Shown here piece by piece: positions 32,780 through 42,714 of a DNA stretch of 43,975 bases. Position 1 is the first letter of the stretch, and each line of letters begins with the position of its first letter. The notes below the pieces were generated by a model that was not told the origin of the DNA, did not search any database, and worked only from the letters and a program-made list of their open reading frames with translations. The stretch is from a virus (Duplodnaviria > Caudoviricetes): IMG/VR virus record IMGVR_UViG_3300038393_001848, positions 1 to 43,975 of that record. One strand, written 5' to 3'. The position numbers were made by a program, and so were the translations under genes.

Positions 32780-34045
32780 CTAGCTGTCGTCCGCCAAGTT
32801 CATGGTCAGCTGCAGGACCACGCCGATCAGCAGCGCATCGCCCGTCAAAGTGTCGTTGGCGTGGGCCGCATTGCGGAACACCTGAAACACGACCAGGTCG
32901 CGGTCCGCCGGGCTGCCCGCGATCGTCATCGGGCTGGTCCAGGCCGAGTGGTGGACGTTGCCAGTGGCTTGCAACGCATCATCGACTTCCTGCGCCGTGC
33001 CGAACGCCGAGTCCAGTCCGTCGTTATCGGAAAAGGCGGCACCCTGGATGCCCCAGCGTGCGACCTGTGCTGCCGTGCCTGTTGCTGCCGCCCAAATGAA
33101 TTTGGCGATGACGGTTCCTTCGTTCCACGACTTCGGCATCGGCACCGCGAATTGGGCATATTCGTTGGTCGCCGGGTCGAAATCGAGCGTGATCCGCATG
33201 ACCTTGTTTGTCGCGGTTTCGCTGCTGCCGGCGGCGGCGCCGTTGGTGGTCCGCGGCGTCATGGCCGCAGCCATGATCGGCACGTCCTGAACGCCAATGC
33301 CCGGCCGCTCGAACGTCAGCGCCGTGGTTCCCACGGTGATGGTCGCATTGGTCGTGCATTGCCATTCGGTGTCGGCGCCGGCGGTGCCCTCGCTGACCTT
33401 CACCGTCGCGTTGACCAGTTTCGCGCCGGTGTCCGCATCAGTGGCACGGGTGAGGATGTATGGATGGGTGCCGTCGCCGACCTGCGTCACGACATAGATG
33501 CCGTTGTTCGCGGCGGTCGATTCGTTAGCCACCAGCAGCCGGTCGTTGGCGACCAGCGTCACGCCGTCCTGGGCGCCCAGCGCGCCGTTGGCGGTGGCGG
33601 TCAGCGTCGCGCCGATGCCGCTCGAGCCGTTGTTATAGGTGTTCGCGGCGAGCGCGGCGGTGGTCTTCGCCCTTACCGGTTGCTTCCACGATAGCGATGT
33701 GCCGGTGAATTCCTGGAACGCGCTGCCGCTGGTCGCGATCAGGAACCGGTCTTCGTCCTCAATCCAGAACGCCATGCCCTCGCGCACGTCGACGAAGGTC
33801 CACGTGCCGTTGACCAGGAAGGCGATGTCGCCATTGTGCCCCGCCCAGGCGCCGGAACCGGTCGCCTTGACCAGATAGGCCGACACCGTGCTGGGCGACC
33901 CCGGCGGCGCCGACAGGTCGCGGTCGGCGATCGACCAGAAGTTCGACGCCATGTCGAAATAGGCGCATTGCTCATTGCAATCGGTGCCCGGCGTTGCGGA
34001 ATTGTCCGCGACCTGGGGTGCGCCCTGGCGTGGGGTGGTGGTCAT
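32780..34045 (-). CDS. DUF2793 domain tail fibre protein
   Basis: TTPR, APPGSP....YLV...GAWAGH...IA....W.F...EG; WKQPVRA, DRLLV, NGIYVV. Confidence 0.8.
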   Translation of the reverse strand: MTTTPRQGAPQVADNSATPGTDCNEQCAYFDMASNFWSIADRDLSAPPGSPSTVSAYLVKATGSGAWAGHNGDIAFLVNGTWTFVDVREGMAFWIEDEDRFLIATSGSAFQEFTGTSLSWKQPVRAKTTAALAANTYNNGSSGIGATLTATANGALGAQDGVTLVANDRLLVANESTAANNGIYVVTQVGDGTHPYILTRATDADTGAKLVNATVKVSEGTAGADTEWQCTTNATITVGTTALTFERPGIGVQDVPIMAAAMTPRTTNGAAAGSSETATNKVMRITLDFDPATNEYAQFAVPMPKSWNEGTVIAKFIWAAATGTAAQVARWGIQGAAFSDNDGLDSAFGTAQEVDDALQATGNVHHSAWTSPMTIAGSPADRDLVVFQVFRNAAHANDTLTGDALLIGVVLQLTMNLADDS

Positions 34046-34069
34046 ACGCTGTCGATTTCCTTCGGTGTG

Positions 34070-37000
34070 TCAGGCAGCGAGCGCGAAGCCGCGGCCGACG
34101 GTGTCGCTGATCTGGTAGGCAACCAGGGCTGGCTTGGTCGTCTGGATGCTGCCGAAATCTTCGGTCTGCTGCGCGCCGGTGTAGGTAATGGTATTGCCGG
34201 CGGCGCTGATGTTTAGCGTCCGCACGACTGCGCCAAGGCCGTCCAGCACGTCGATCGAATAGGCTTCGACCACTTCCGACAGCGGAATCGGCGTGCCGTT
34301 CCAGCGCCCACCGATGCGCGTGCGGCGACGGACGGTGAAGGTCCAGTCGGCGCCGTCGAAGGAAGCGACAACGCGGGCCGGTGCATAGGGCATTAGCGTT
34401 TGCCCCTGATACGGCTCGAGCGCGATTGCCGGCGCCGCTTCGGGGTCGCGGCCGATCGTCTGCGCCTTGAAGCTGACCGCGCCCCCGACTTCATCCGCGC
34501 CTTGTTCCTCGCCTTCCAGGTCGGCCGCGACGACCCAGATGTCGCCCGCCTGGTGCAACCCGGTGGCCCACTCGGTGCCCCGGCGACCGCGCTTGAAGCC
34601 GGACAGCGTATAGCTGCCGTCGACGTTCAGCGTGGCGGTCGTGAAGTTGACATATTCCCAGCGGCCCGGCGCGCCGAACACCAGCAGGTTCAGGGCCGGG
34701 TCGGCGTTGACGTCGGCTTCGGTGGCGCTGGTCAGCGACCCCGACTGAAGCCGGACGGTCACGCTGTTGGCGCGGTCCCACAGCCAGGCGGTGGCGACGT
34801 CGCCCAGTGCGGTCGATGTCGTGCCCCAGGTCGCGGCGTCGGTGATCGTCGCCGCCAGTTCGTCATAGACCACCGCGTCGCCGCTGCCGCTGCCTTCGAA
34901 GATGACAGCGCCGGGAAAGCCCATCTGCGCATAGGCGCCAGCCCCCATGTAGAGCAAAGGCCGGATGTCGGCGTCGGCGTCGCCGCGCAGCGGGGCGTCG
35001 ATCACGAACCCCCTGACCGGCGACGGCACCTGGATGACTTCGGGGTCGCGGTTCAGCGGCGGCCCTTCGGTCGCCGGGTTCAGCAGGGCGGCCGCGCGCT
35101 CGTCGCGGATGAGGGTGCATTCCATCCTGGTCATGCCGACGAAGGTCTGGCGGTCCAGCTTGCAGTTCCACAGGATGTCGTCCAGCGACAGGGTGACGAT
35201 GTCCCCCGGCTCGAGCGCCACCAGCTGGGCGGTCAGCGCATTGTCGACCTTGGCCCGGCGGTTCCACAGCCCGCGCATGTAGCGGTCGGCCTTCTGCTGC
35301 GCGTCGTCCGGCACGGTGACGTAGGTCGTCAGGTCGATGACCGTGTCGCGCTGGGTATCGACTGCGTCAGCGGGCAGCGGCGACAGCACGTTGTTCACCT
35401 GCTGGTCGAAGCCGTTGTCGGCGAAATTGACGCGCAGGATTTTCGGCAGGTCGGTGTCCTGCGGCTCGGCCGTCTTGTAACGCGGCCCACCGCCGTCGCC
35501 GCGGGCGAAATCGACGCTGGAAATCCCCAGCACCGGGCTGCCGCCGCGCGGCAGGAAGTCGATCGTGAAGCCATGCGGGCGGGCGTCGACGTCGTGGATG
35601 TCGATCAGCGGTTCCAGCTGCGCCTTGCCGGACGCGCGGGTCCAGGAATAGCCGGTGATCGGGCTGGTCAGGCTCGACACGTCGAAATCGGTCATGCCCG
35701 CCTTGGTGCAAATCTTCGCGACGACGTCGCCGTCGGTGGCCGCCGCGCCCACAGCGCGGTCGAGATAGCGCCAGGTGATTTCGTCGCTGCCGAATTCGTG
35801 CGTCACCAGGCCGTCATTGACAAAGTCATAGCAGCCGCCGGTCATCGTCTGATGGAGCCAGTCGTCAGGGTTAACCGAGCGCAGCACTTCCAATGTGCGG
35901 GTGTTGATTTCGGTAAAGGCCAGCCACAGGCGATCGGCGCCGGGGCGCACCGAATTGAAGGCCGGCCCTACATAGGCTGGCGACACCGGCACCGATACCG
36001 GGCCGGCAAGGATGGTCGTCGGGTCCTCGGCATCGAGCAGCAGAAGGTCGCCGTTCTGATAGACCAGGATTCCGCCGTCGCCGTTCCACATCCCCCACGC
36101 TTGCCCGCCGGCGGTCATGTGCGCCCCTGCCGGCGCCAGAATGTTGGGTTCGATCTGCGCGACGTTCAGATTATCTTCGCTGATCGCATCGACCCCGACC
36201 GCCCAGGCGCTGCCGTTCGGACCTTCGAAAAAGTGGGTTGCCGGAAATCCCAACACCACCGCGACGACCGATGGTTCGCCCGACGACCCAGTCCCGGGGA
36301 TTCCGTAATAGGTTTCGTTGTTCGTGACCGGATAAAAGAAGGGGGTTCCCGACACGCAACGGAAGCCCGGGGTGTAAATGTCGAAGCCGCTGGGCGTGGT
36401 GTTCGTGCCGCCGCTGCCGTCGGGGCCATAGAGCCACAGTTGATGCGATTCCGGGGTGAAGCCGCCGCCCAGCGCATAGAGTCCGCCGGAAAAGGCGCTG
36501 ATGCACTCAAACCCTGAAGTGCGCTCGACTTTATTGATCAGGGTGCGGGTCGCCGTGTCCCAAACGAACAAGGTCGACGTGTCTTGCTGATACATGAACA
36601 GGCCGTCAGGGCTGAATACCCCGTCAATGCCGCTGCCGGCCCCGTCGCGAATGTCGAACGGATAATGCGGTTCCGCCGCAGTCACCACCAGCACTTTGAC
36701 GCTGGGGACGCGGTTGCCGAAGTTGTCGGTCGGCAATTCCTCGAAAAAGATGTGGGCTTCGCCGCGCGAGGCCGGGGCGCTGTTCGGGCCGAATTTGTGT
36801 TCGCAAAACTCGACATACCTGGGGTCGGGCAGCTGGTCTTCGGTGCCCAGGTAAATGCGCATGTTGTCGTGCGTCAGCTTCACCGGCGGCGAGTCGGCGT
36901 GATTGCCCGACAGGAAGGCCGCGATCGGCGACACCGGCCCCTTGCCGGTTCGGTCAAGGCACAGGCGTTCGTCCAGCCAGATTTTCAGCACCTTGTCGAC

Positions 37001-37291
37001 CTGGCAGTCGCAAATCGTCGCGTCGAACGTCGCCAGGTAGGAATAGGTGGTCTGCTTGCCGCCCTTGCCCTTGCTGGTGTGCTTGACTTCCTTCAGGTCT
37101 TCGGCGTGCGTGATCGCACAGGTGAATATGCGGGCGCCGATGAAGTCGGGAATGGGCGTGCCGAAATCGGCGGTCGACACCTGGAGTTCCGACAGCCGGG
37201 GGCCGCGGGTGCGCTGCATCGCCTGCAGCCCGACCTGGGCCGCCTCGAGCGCGATCGTCGCGACCAGTTTGACGGCGAAGTTGATCGGCAC
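34070..37291 (-). CDS. Tail tip / host-specificity protein (GTA megatron-like, 1073 aa)
   Basis: GPRLSEL...FGTPIP, YSYLATF, FGNRVPS, LEPGDIV, RGRRGTEW, RRTRIGG. Confidence 0.85.
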   Translation of the reverse strand: MPINFAVKLVATIALEAAQVGLQAMQRTRGPRLSELQVSTADFGTPIPDFIGARIFTCAITHAEDLKEVKHTSKGKGGKQTTYSYLATFDATICDCQVDKVLKIWLDERLCLDRTGKGPVSPIAAFLSGNHADSPPVKLTHDNMRIYLGTEDQLPDPRYVEFCEHKFGPNSAPASRGEAHIFFEELPTDNFGNRVPSVKVLVVTAAEPHYPFDIRDGAGSGIDGVFSPDGLFMYQQDTSTLFVWDTATRTLINKVERTSGFECISAFSGGLYALGGGFTPESHQLWLYGPDGSGGTNTTPSGFDIYTPGFRCVSGTPFFYPVTNNETYYGIPGTGSSGEPSVVAVVLGFPATHFFEGPNGSAWAVGVDAISEDNLNVAQIEPNILAPAGAHMTAGGQAWGMWNGDGGILVYQNGDLLLLDAEDPTTILAGPVSVPVSPAYVGPAFNSVRPGADRLWLAFTEINTRTLEVLRSVNPDDWLHQTMTGGCYDFVNDGLVTHEFGSDEITWRYLDRAVGAAATDGDVVAKICTKAGMTDFDVSSLTSPITGYSWTRASGKAQLEPLIDIHDVDARPHGFTIDFLPRGGSPVLGISSVDFARGDGGGPRYKTAEPQDTDLPKILRVNFADNGFDQQVNNVLSPLPADAVDTQRDTVIDLTTYVTVPDDAQQKADRYMRGLWNRRAKVDNALTAQLVALEPGDIVTLSLDDILWNCKLDRQTFVGMTRMECTLIRDERAAALLNPATEGPPLNRDPEVIQVPSPVRGFVIDAPLRGDADADIRPLLYMGAGAYAQMGFPGAVIFEGSGSGDAVVYDELAATITDAATWGTTSTALGDVATAWLWDRANSVTVRLQSGSLTSATEADVNADPALNLLVFGAPGRWEYVNFTTATLNVDGSYTLSGFKRGRRGTEWATGLHQAGDIWVVAADLEGEEQGADEVGGAVSFKAQTIGRDPEAAPAIALEPYQGQTLMPYAPARVVASFDGADWTFTVRRRTRIGGRWNGTPIPLSEVVEAYSIDVLDGLGAVVRTLNISAAGNTITYTGAQQTEDFGSIQTTKPALVAYQISDTVGRGFALAA

Positions 37292-37295
37292 GGTC

Positions 37296-37763
37296 CTAAG
37301 CTTCCTTCCAGCGCCAGATGCTGTGCAGCGGGTAGCGGTGCGTGATGACGTCCAGCGGCCGTTCGCGAACCGACGAATTGAACCCGGGCAGCGCGTGAAC
37401 CGCCCGCCCGCCGCCGACGGCGATCGCCATGTGCCGGGGCTGACCCTCGTGCTTCAGCAGCAGGACGTCGCCCGGCTGCACGTCCCCGACCCGGTCAAAC
37501 AGCACCGCCATGCCTTCCAGCAGCAGGTCCGCGGGCGCCCGGCGGTCGGCGCGATAGTGCGCGAATAGCGCATAAGTGCTGGCGGCTTCGGGGCGCCCCA
37601 GTTCGCGGGCGACGCCGGCCACCAACCCCTTGCAATCGCACCCGCCCGGCCCTTGCGCGCTCGGCTTCACCGATTGCCCCCATACGAACGGAGTGCCGAC
37701 CCACGCCTGGGCTTCGGCGGCGACCTGGTCGCCGACCTTGACGGTCGCTCGCCGCTTGGTCAC
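37296..37763 (-). CDS. NlpC/P60 tail-associated peptidase
   Basis: AWVGTPF, GCDCKGLV, PGDVLL, HMAI, HA. Confidence 0.88.
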   Translation of the reverse strand: MTKRRATVKVGDQVAAEAQAWVGTPFVWGQSVKPSAQGPGGCDCKGLVAGVARELGRPEAASTYALFAHYRADRRAPADLLLEGMAVLFDRVGDVQPGDVLLLKHEGQPRHMAIAVGGGRAVHALPGFNSSVRERPLDVITHRYPLHSIWRWKEA

Positions 37764-38659
37764 TTGCCGCCCTTGCCGCCGGCGCCGCCCTGTGCCGGAA
37801 TCGCCGGCTTCAGCTTCGACTGGCCCGGCACTTCGGGGTGCCCGCGGAACCACAAAATGGCGCTGTGCGCCATGCACGCCGCGCGGGTGCGGGCGCAGCC
37901 GTCGCGCACCGTGAAGGTGTCGCCGACTTCGGCCAGGCTCACCAGCGGCCAGTAGAGCTTGATCAGGCCGCTGTCGTCCCAGCTGTCGATCGGCACCGCC
38001 CGCGTGCCGGCGTTGGCGCCGGTCAGCCCGGTCACCTGGCCGCGGTTGAAGAAATTGTCGGCATAGGTGCCGGTGTAGGACACCGTGAACTGCATCGCGC
38101 TGTCGACGTCGGTCACCGTCCCGGTGATTTCGGTCGGCACGGCGAAGCACTTGACCTGGTCGGCATAGTCGGCGTCGCACTGGTTTGAGATAATGCGCCC
38201 GGTTTCCTGGTTCAGCTTGTCGCGCTGGTCGCGGAATTCGGCGACGGCAGTGTCGCCTTCAACCCGCCATTCGCCGGCGTTGCCGCGCATCATGCGCCGG
38301 GGGCCGGCGGTGAGGTTGGCCCACACCACCTGGAACATGTGCGCTTCGCAATAATGGAACCGCCCGCCCAGCACCGCTTCGCGCGTGAACGGCCGCGGCG
38401 CCGGCGCGATCGGGAAACGTGCTTCGAAGTTGCCGGCGTCCAGGCCGCAGCCGGTCTGGAAGTTCGATAGCATCAGGCCGTGGTCAGGCCGATAGTCGAT
38501 CGCGCCGTCACCCAGGCCCAGGTCGAAGTTCAGCACCCGGTCGTGGTCGGTAAAGCCCAGCACAGTGCCGTCGCGCAGCACCAGGCGCAGCATGTGGCAG
38601 CGCTGGTGCGACCGGCCCTTCAGGTGGTGTTCGAACGCCGGCGTCAGTGGGGCGGTCAT
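37760..38659 (-). CDS. DUF2163 / BR0599-type baseplate hub protein
   Basis: RDGTVLGFTDHD, CDADYAD..C, GC.RT...C, FRGHPEVPG. Confidence 0.88.
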   Translation of the reverse strand: MTAPLTPAFEHHLKGRSHQRCHMLRLVLRDGTVLGFTDHDRVLNFDLGLGDGAIDYRPDHGLMLSNFQTGCGLDAGNFEARFPIAPAPRPFTREAVLGGRFHYCEAHMFQVVWANLTAGPRRMMRGNAGEWRVEGDTAVAEFRDQRDKLNQETGRIISNQCDADYADQVKCFAVPTEITGTVTDVDSAMQFTVSYTGTYADNFFNRGQVTGLTGANAGTRAVPIDSWDDSGLIKLYWPLVSLAEVGDTFTVRDGCARTRAACMAHSAILWFRGHPEVPGQSKLKPAIPAQGGAGGKGGK

Positions 38660-39285
38660 GCGACCGGCCCGACTTCGTTCGCCCAGGTGCGGGTCGCGCC
38701 GCCATAGGCGTCGGTCGCCGTCACATAGCAGCCGATCAGCTTGCCGACATCGCCGGCCAGCACCGTGTAGGTGTCGCCGGTTTCGCCGGCGATGTCCGCG
38801 CCGGCGGCGGTCCATTGCTTGTCGATCGTCGTCGGCGAGCCGGTCCAGGTGCCGTCGGAACAGGCCAGGTCTTCGCCGACTTCGGTCGTGCCGGTGATCG
38901 CCGGTGCAACCGTCGGCTCGGGCGACACGTCGCGCACTTCCTTCAAGGTGAAGGTGTCGGTGTGGTGCATCGGCATGCGCCGCGGCGTCGTGAACTGCAG
39001 CCCGGTGTCAAAGCGCACCCGGTAGGTCTGTTCGTCGACCCAGTCGGTGAAGTTGAACGAATCGACCTTGCCGCGCGCGTTGCGCCACATGGCGCGGACG
39101 GCGACGAAGTCCGGGTCGTCCGCGGCCTTGACCGGCAGCGCGATGTCGAACCCGCTTAGCGGCCCCGACCAGCGCGTGTTGCGCACTTCATAGCCGCCGT
39201 CGGTCGACTCGACTTCGCCTTCCCATTCGTCGTGGCGCACGGCGCCAATCTCGACCTTCGTCGGCAGGGACAGCCAAAGGTGCAT
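38656..39285 (-). CDS. DUF2460-like distal tail protein with C-terminal Ig-like domain
   Basis: GYEVRNTRWS, ARG...SFNFTDW, VRFD, LKEVR, then an Ig-like extension. Confidence 0.8.
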   Translation of the reverse strand: MHLWLSLPTKVEIGAVRHDEWEGEVESTDGGYEVRNTRWSGPLSGFDIALPVKAADDPDFVAVRAMWRNARGKVDSFNFTDWVDEQTYRVRFDTGLQFTTPRRMPMHHTDTFTLKEVRDVSPEPTVAPAITGTTEVGEDLACSDGTWTGSPTTIDKQWTAAGADIAGETGDTYTVLAGDVGKLIGCYVTATDAYGGATRTWANEVGPVA

Positions 39286-39322
39286 TACCGCTCGCCTTGG
39301 TTGGGATGGATGGGCGAGCCGA

Positions 39323-42300
39323 TCATTGCGTGCCGCCGCCGATCAAACCCTTGCGCGACGTCATCGCCAGCGACTGGCGGACGCCAGCGCCGATGTGCAT
39401 GCCGGTGCGCCGGCTTTCAGCGGCCGACGACCGCCGGTCGCCCGCCACGCGCACGTTGATGTGGTAGGTGTCCCCCGCCGGCATGCGCCAGCGGTCGTTC
39501 GCCGCCTCGAGCCGGCGGCTTGTCGCCGCGTTCAGCACTTTCGACCCGCGCGGCAGGTTGATCAGTTCGCGCCCGTTTTCGCCGACCCACTGCAACCCGC
39601 CTGGCGCATATTCGGTGCCCGTGGCGCTGCCGAACAGCGTCGGGAACGCACCTAGCGCCGCACCGGCATTGCCCGCCTGGAAAACGCCGGTGCCGAAGCT
39701 GGCCGCGCCGGCACCGCTGCCGCCGAACAAGGAAGCGCCAATGCCCAGCAGGCTGCCAAACAGCCCGCCACCACCGCCACCCGCGCCGCCCATCGCGCCC
39801 TGCAGCGCCTGGGCAATCGGGCGAATGATGACCTGCTGCACGAACAGGTCGATCAGGCCGGCCAGCAGCGGGTCTTTGATGCCCAGGCTCTTGGTGATCG
39901 CGTCGTCGATGCCGCGGCGCACCGACTCCAGTTCGTCGACCGTCAGCGCCTGCACCCGTTCGTTGATGTCGCCCGCCGATTTCGGCATGCGGTTCAGATA
40001 GTCTTCCAGCGGCCCGCGGGTGTTGTCGTTGGCGGCGCGCGTATCATTGGCCTGCTGGCGCGGCAGGTCGTTGATTTCGCCCTGCAGGCGCGCGGCTTCG
40101 GCGGTGTTACCGACCAGTTCGGCCTGCGCCTTCAGATATTCCAGGTGCCGCTTCTTTTCCTCATAAATGAGGTTGACGATGTCCAGCTGCAGGCGGCGGT
40201 GCTGGTCGGTGGTGCGCGCAATCGAGTCTTCGAACCGCTTCTGGTCAAGCTGGATGCCCGCCTGCTGGCTCGCCGTGGCGTCGCGGTCGGACAGCCAGCG
40301 CAAATAGCCGTCCAGCCCCAGGTTGATCTTGTCCTGGGTCGCGGTCTGGTGGACGACGGCGGTCAGCTGCTTGGCGCGTTCCTGCGCCAGCGCGCTGGTC
40401 GCCTCGCCATATTTGCCGTCGGCCAGGTCGTTGGCGATTGCCTTGACCTGGGCCGCTTCGGTCTGGTCGATCTGGCGCAAGCGCAGCGCCGCCTGGGCCT
40501 GTGCGCCTTTCACGTTTTCGCCTTCGGCGCGCAGCAGCTGCGCGTTCAAGCCAGCCAGCTGGTCGTCGAAGCGGGTCTGCGCATCACGCGCGCGGTTCGC
40601 GGCCTGGTCTTCGGCGCGTTCGGCACCGGCGGCGTCCGACCGGCTTCCTTCGATGTGGAAGTGCCCGCGTTCCTTGAACACCTTGGACAGGCTGACACCC
40701 TGGGCACCGTAAATCTGGCGAATCTTCGCCGGGGTGACGCCGTCGGTGATCTGGATGTCGATCGCCCACTTGCCGTTGGCGCCTTCGTGCGCGCTGGTGC
40801 CGGGCTTGGCGACCGGGTTGTCCTTCGGCATGCCGGCGGCGACCCAAGCGTCATAAAGTTGCTTCTGGTGGTCATAGGACCGGTCGGCGCTGTTGACCTG
40901 AAGGCCCGCGGCGCGAGCGATGCCGGCGGCGTCGCTGGCGCTGATCTGGCGGCCAGATTCGCGGTTGCTGTAACCGCCGGTCGCCTTGGCCGCGTCCAGG
41001 TCGGCCTTGCGCCGCTTTTCGATGTCGTCGAGCGTCGCGGACAGGCTGGCCTTCAGCTTGTCGTTGCCCGACGCGGCGGCCTTGGCCTTGGTCGCCATGT
41101 CGTCATACAGGCGGTTGATCTTCGCGATCGGGTCGGTGAGTTCCTTGGCGTGGCGCTCGAGCAGGGGGAAATCGACCGAGCGAAGCGCCTTGGCGCCGTC
41201 TTCCGACGCCTTGGTCAGCGACCGCAGTTGTTCGTTGAGCGAATCGACCTGGGCCTTGGTCGCGTCGAACATTTGCTGCGCGGCCTGCTGCGCCTCGCCG
41301 CCGGCCAGCGGCGAATTGATGATTGTCTGGTAGCGGTGAAGATCGTCGATCGCGGCCGACAGCTGGCCGCTGACGATGCCGATGTTCGACGTGGTGCTGG
41401 CCAGCCCGGTGGCGATCGCCGCTTTCTTAAGCGCGATATTGTCCTCGAGCGTGCGATTCTGTGCTTCGAGTTCCTTGGTCAGTTCGCGCATTTTCGCGAT
41501 CGACCCGTCGATCGTGCGTTCGAACGCCAACTGCGCTTCGGCGCTTAGGCGCGTCTTTTGCTCCTGTTCCTTCAACTTGTCGACTTCGTCGCCGATCGCG
41601 TCCTTCGTTTCGATCATCTTGCCGGCGAACGGCACCAGCGCCTGGACCGCGATTGAAAGCGCCAGACCCCAAGGGCCGCCCAGGAATTTCAGGAAGGCGT
41701 TGCCCTCGCCGCCCATCAACTGCATGGCCTGGATGACCTGGCCGGACTGCTGCGCGAAAATGACCGAATAGCGCGTGCCCAGCGCGACCTGCTGCGCGAT
41801 GTCGCCGAACTGGAACGACAATTGCTGGAAACCGGCGCGGGTCTGTGCGCGCGTGGCGTTGTTGCGCGCCGCCGCCTGCGTCGCTTCGTCCAGCAACACC
41901 TTTTCGTGCGCCAGCAGCTGCTGGTAGCGCGCTTCGTCGACCTGGCCGGTGCGCCTGACCGCGTTGATTCGCTCGACTTGTGCGGTGTAGCGCGCCTGCG
42001 CCGCAAACAGCGGGTCGATCGCTGCGATCAGCGCGTGGGCTTCCTTTTCGGCGCGGTCCAGTTCGGCCGCCAGCGCCTTCGCCGACGCTTCGGCGTTCGC
42101 CCCGCCCGACCCGATGCCGACCGCCTGGTTGATGGTCTGCTGGGCAGGGGTAGCGCTGACCTGCGACAGCCGCGCGGCCGTCTTCGCTGCCCGATCGACC
42201 GCGGCGGAAACGAGCGCGGTTTCGCTTTCCCACTTGGCCCGCAGGCGCGACGCCTGCGCGCTGCCGTCGTCGGCGATCTGCGCGAAGCCACGGTTGATGT

Positions 42301-42349
42301 CCGCCTGCCCCGCCATGCCGACGCGAATGAAAACCTGGGGACGTCCCAT
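39323..42349 (-). CDS. Tape measure protein with internal M15-like peptidase domain
   Basis: QLSFQFGDIAQQ...FAQQSGQ (lambda-type TMP), R...Q..LY...PGTSAH...AID...HFH, WVGENGREL. Confidence 0.9.
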   Translation of the reverse strand: MGRPQVFIRVGMAGQADINRGFAQIADDGSAQASRLRAKWESETALVSAAVDRAAKTAARLSQVSATPAQQTINQAVGIGSGGANAEASAKALAAELDRAEKEAHALIAAIDPLFAAQARYTAQVERINAVRRTGQVDEARYQQLLAHEKVLLDEATQAAARNNATRAQTRAGFQQLSFQFGDIAQQVALGTRYSVIFAQQSGQVIQAMQLMGGEGNAFLKFLGGPWGLALSIAVQALVPFAGKMIETKDAIGDEVDKLKEQEQKTRLSAEAQLAFERTIDGSIAKMRELTKELEAQNRTLEDNIALKKAAIATGLASTTSNIGIVSGQLSAAIDDLHRYQTIINSPLAGGEAQQAAQQMFDATKAQVDSLNEQLRSLTKASEDGAKALRSVDFPLLERHAKELTDPIAKINRLYDDMATKAKAAASGNDKLKASLSATLDDIEKRRKADLDAAKATGGYSNRESGRQISASDAAGIARAAGLQVNSADRSYDHQKQLYDAWVAAGMPKDNPVAKPGTSAHEGANGKWAIDIQITDGVTPAKIRQIYGAQGVSLSKVFKERGHFHIEGSRSDAAGAERAEDQAANRARDAQTRFDDQLAGLNAQLLRAEGENVKGAQAQAALRLRQIDQTEAAQVKAIANDLADGKYGEATSALAQERAKQLTAVVHQTATQDKINLGLDGYLRWLSDRDATASQQAGIQLDQKRFEDSIARTTDQHRRLQLDIVNLIYEEKKRHLEYLKAQAELVGNTAEAARLQGEINDLPRQQANDTRAANDNTRGPLEDYLNRMPKSAGDINERVQALTVDELESVRRGIDDAITKSLGIKDPLLAGLIDLFVQQVIIRPIAQALQGAMGGAGGGGGGLFGSLLGIGASLFGGSGAGAASFGTGVFQAGNAGAALGAFPTLFGSATGTEYAPGGLQWVGENGRELINLPRGSKVLNAATSRRLEAANDRWRMPAGDTYHINVRVAGDRRSSAAESRRTGMHIGAGVRQSLAMTSRKGLIGGGTQ

Positions 42350-42357
42350 GTGCGTGT

Positions 42358-42714
42358 TCAATCCTCGCTATCGGCTAAATCATCGTTCAGGCTCGCCAGG
42401 ACGGCGGCCTCGAAATCGGGCAGGGTTTCGGCGAGCAGTTCGGCGTCAGCGCCCAGCGCTTCGCCGAAGTGCAGCACCGCGGCGAAATCCAACCCCAGCG
42501 GCGCGCCGACCATGCCGGCGGTGCGAATTTGACGCTGGCAGGCGGTCAGGACTTGCCAGACCGCTTCGCCTTCGTCCGTGTCGAGCGCGTTTTGCGTGTA
42601 GGGGCATTCTTCGCAGCGCTCCGACCCTTCCGCGACCCCGCACGACAGGTGGCAGTATCTTTGCCCGGCGTCGCCGCCACCGAAGTGCCATTCGGCGAGC
42701 CGGACGATGCGTTT
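42358..42714 (-). CDS. Tail assembly chaperone gpT-like extension (-1 frame of upstream gene)
   Basis: Open -1 frame KRIVRLAEWHFGGG...CPY...GLDFAAVL...LPDFEAAVL to TGA at 42358-42360, no own 5' start. Confidence 0.8.
   Translation of the reverse strand, partial: KRIVRLAEWHFGGGDAGQRYCHLSCGVAEGSERCEECPYTQNALDTDEGEAVWQVLTACQRQIRTAGMVGAPLGLDFAAVLHFGEALGADAELLAETLPDFEAAVLASLNDDLADSED

Noticed and set aside
31544-37291. Diversity-generating retroelement or invertible tail-fibre switch
   Set aside because: No reverse transcriptase, invertase or TR/VR pair recognised
1200-41460. Frequent CTCGAG hexamers as a methylation or packaging signal
   Set aside because: Plausibly explained by Leu-Glu codon pairs; needs a codon-aware k-mer test that I cannot run
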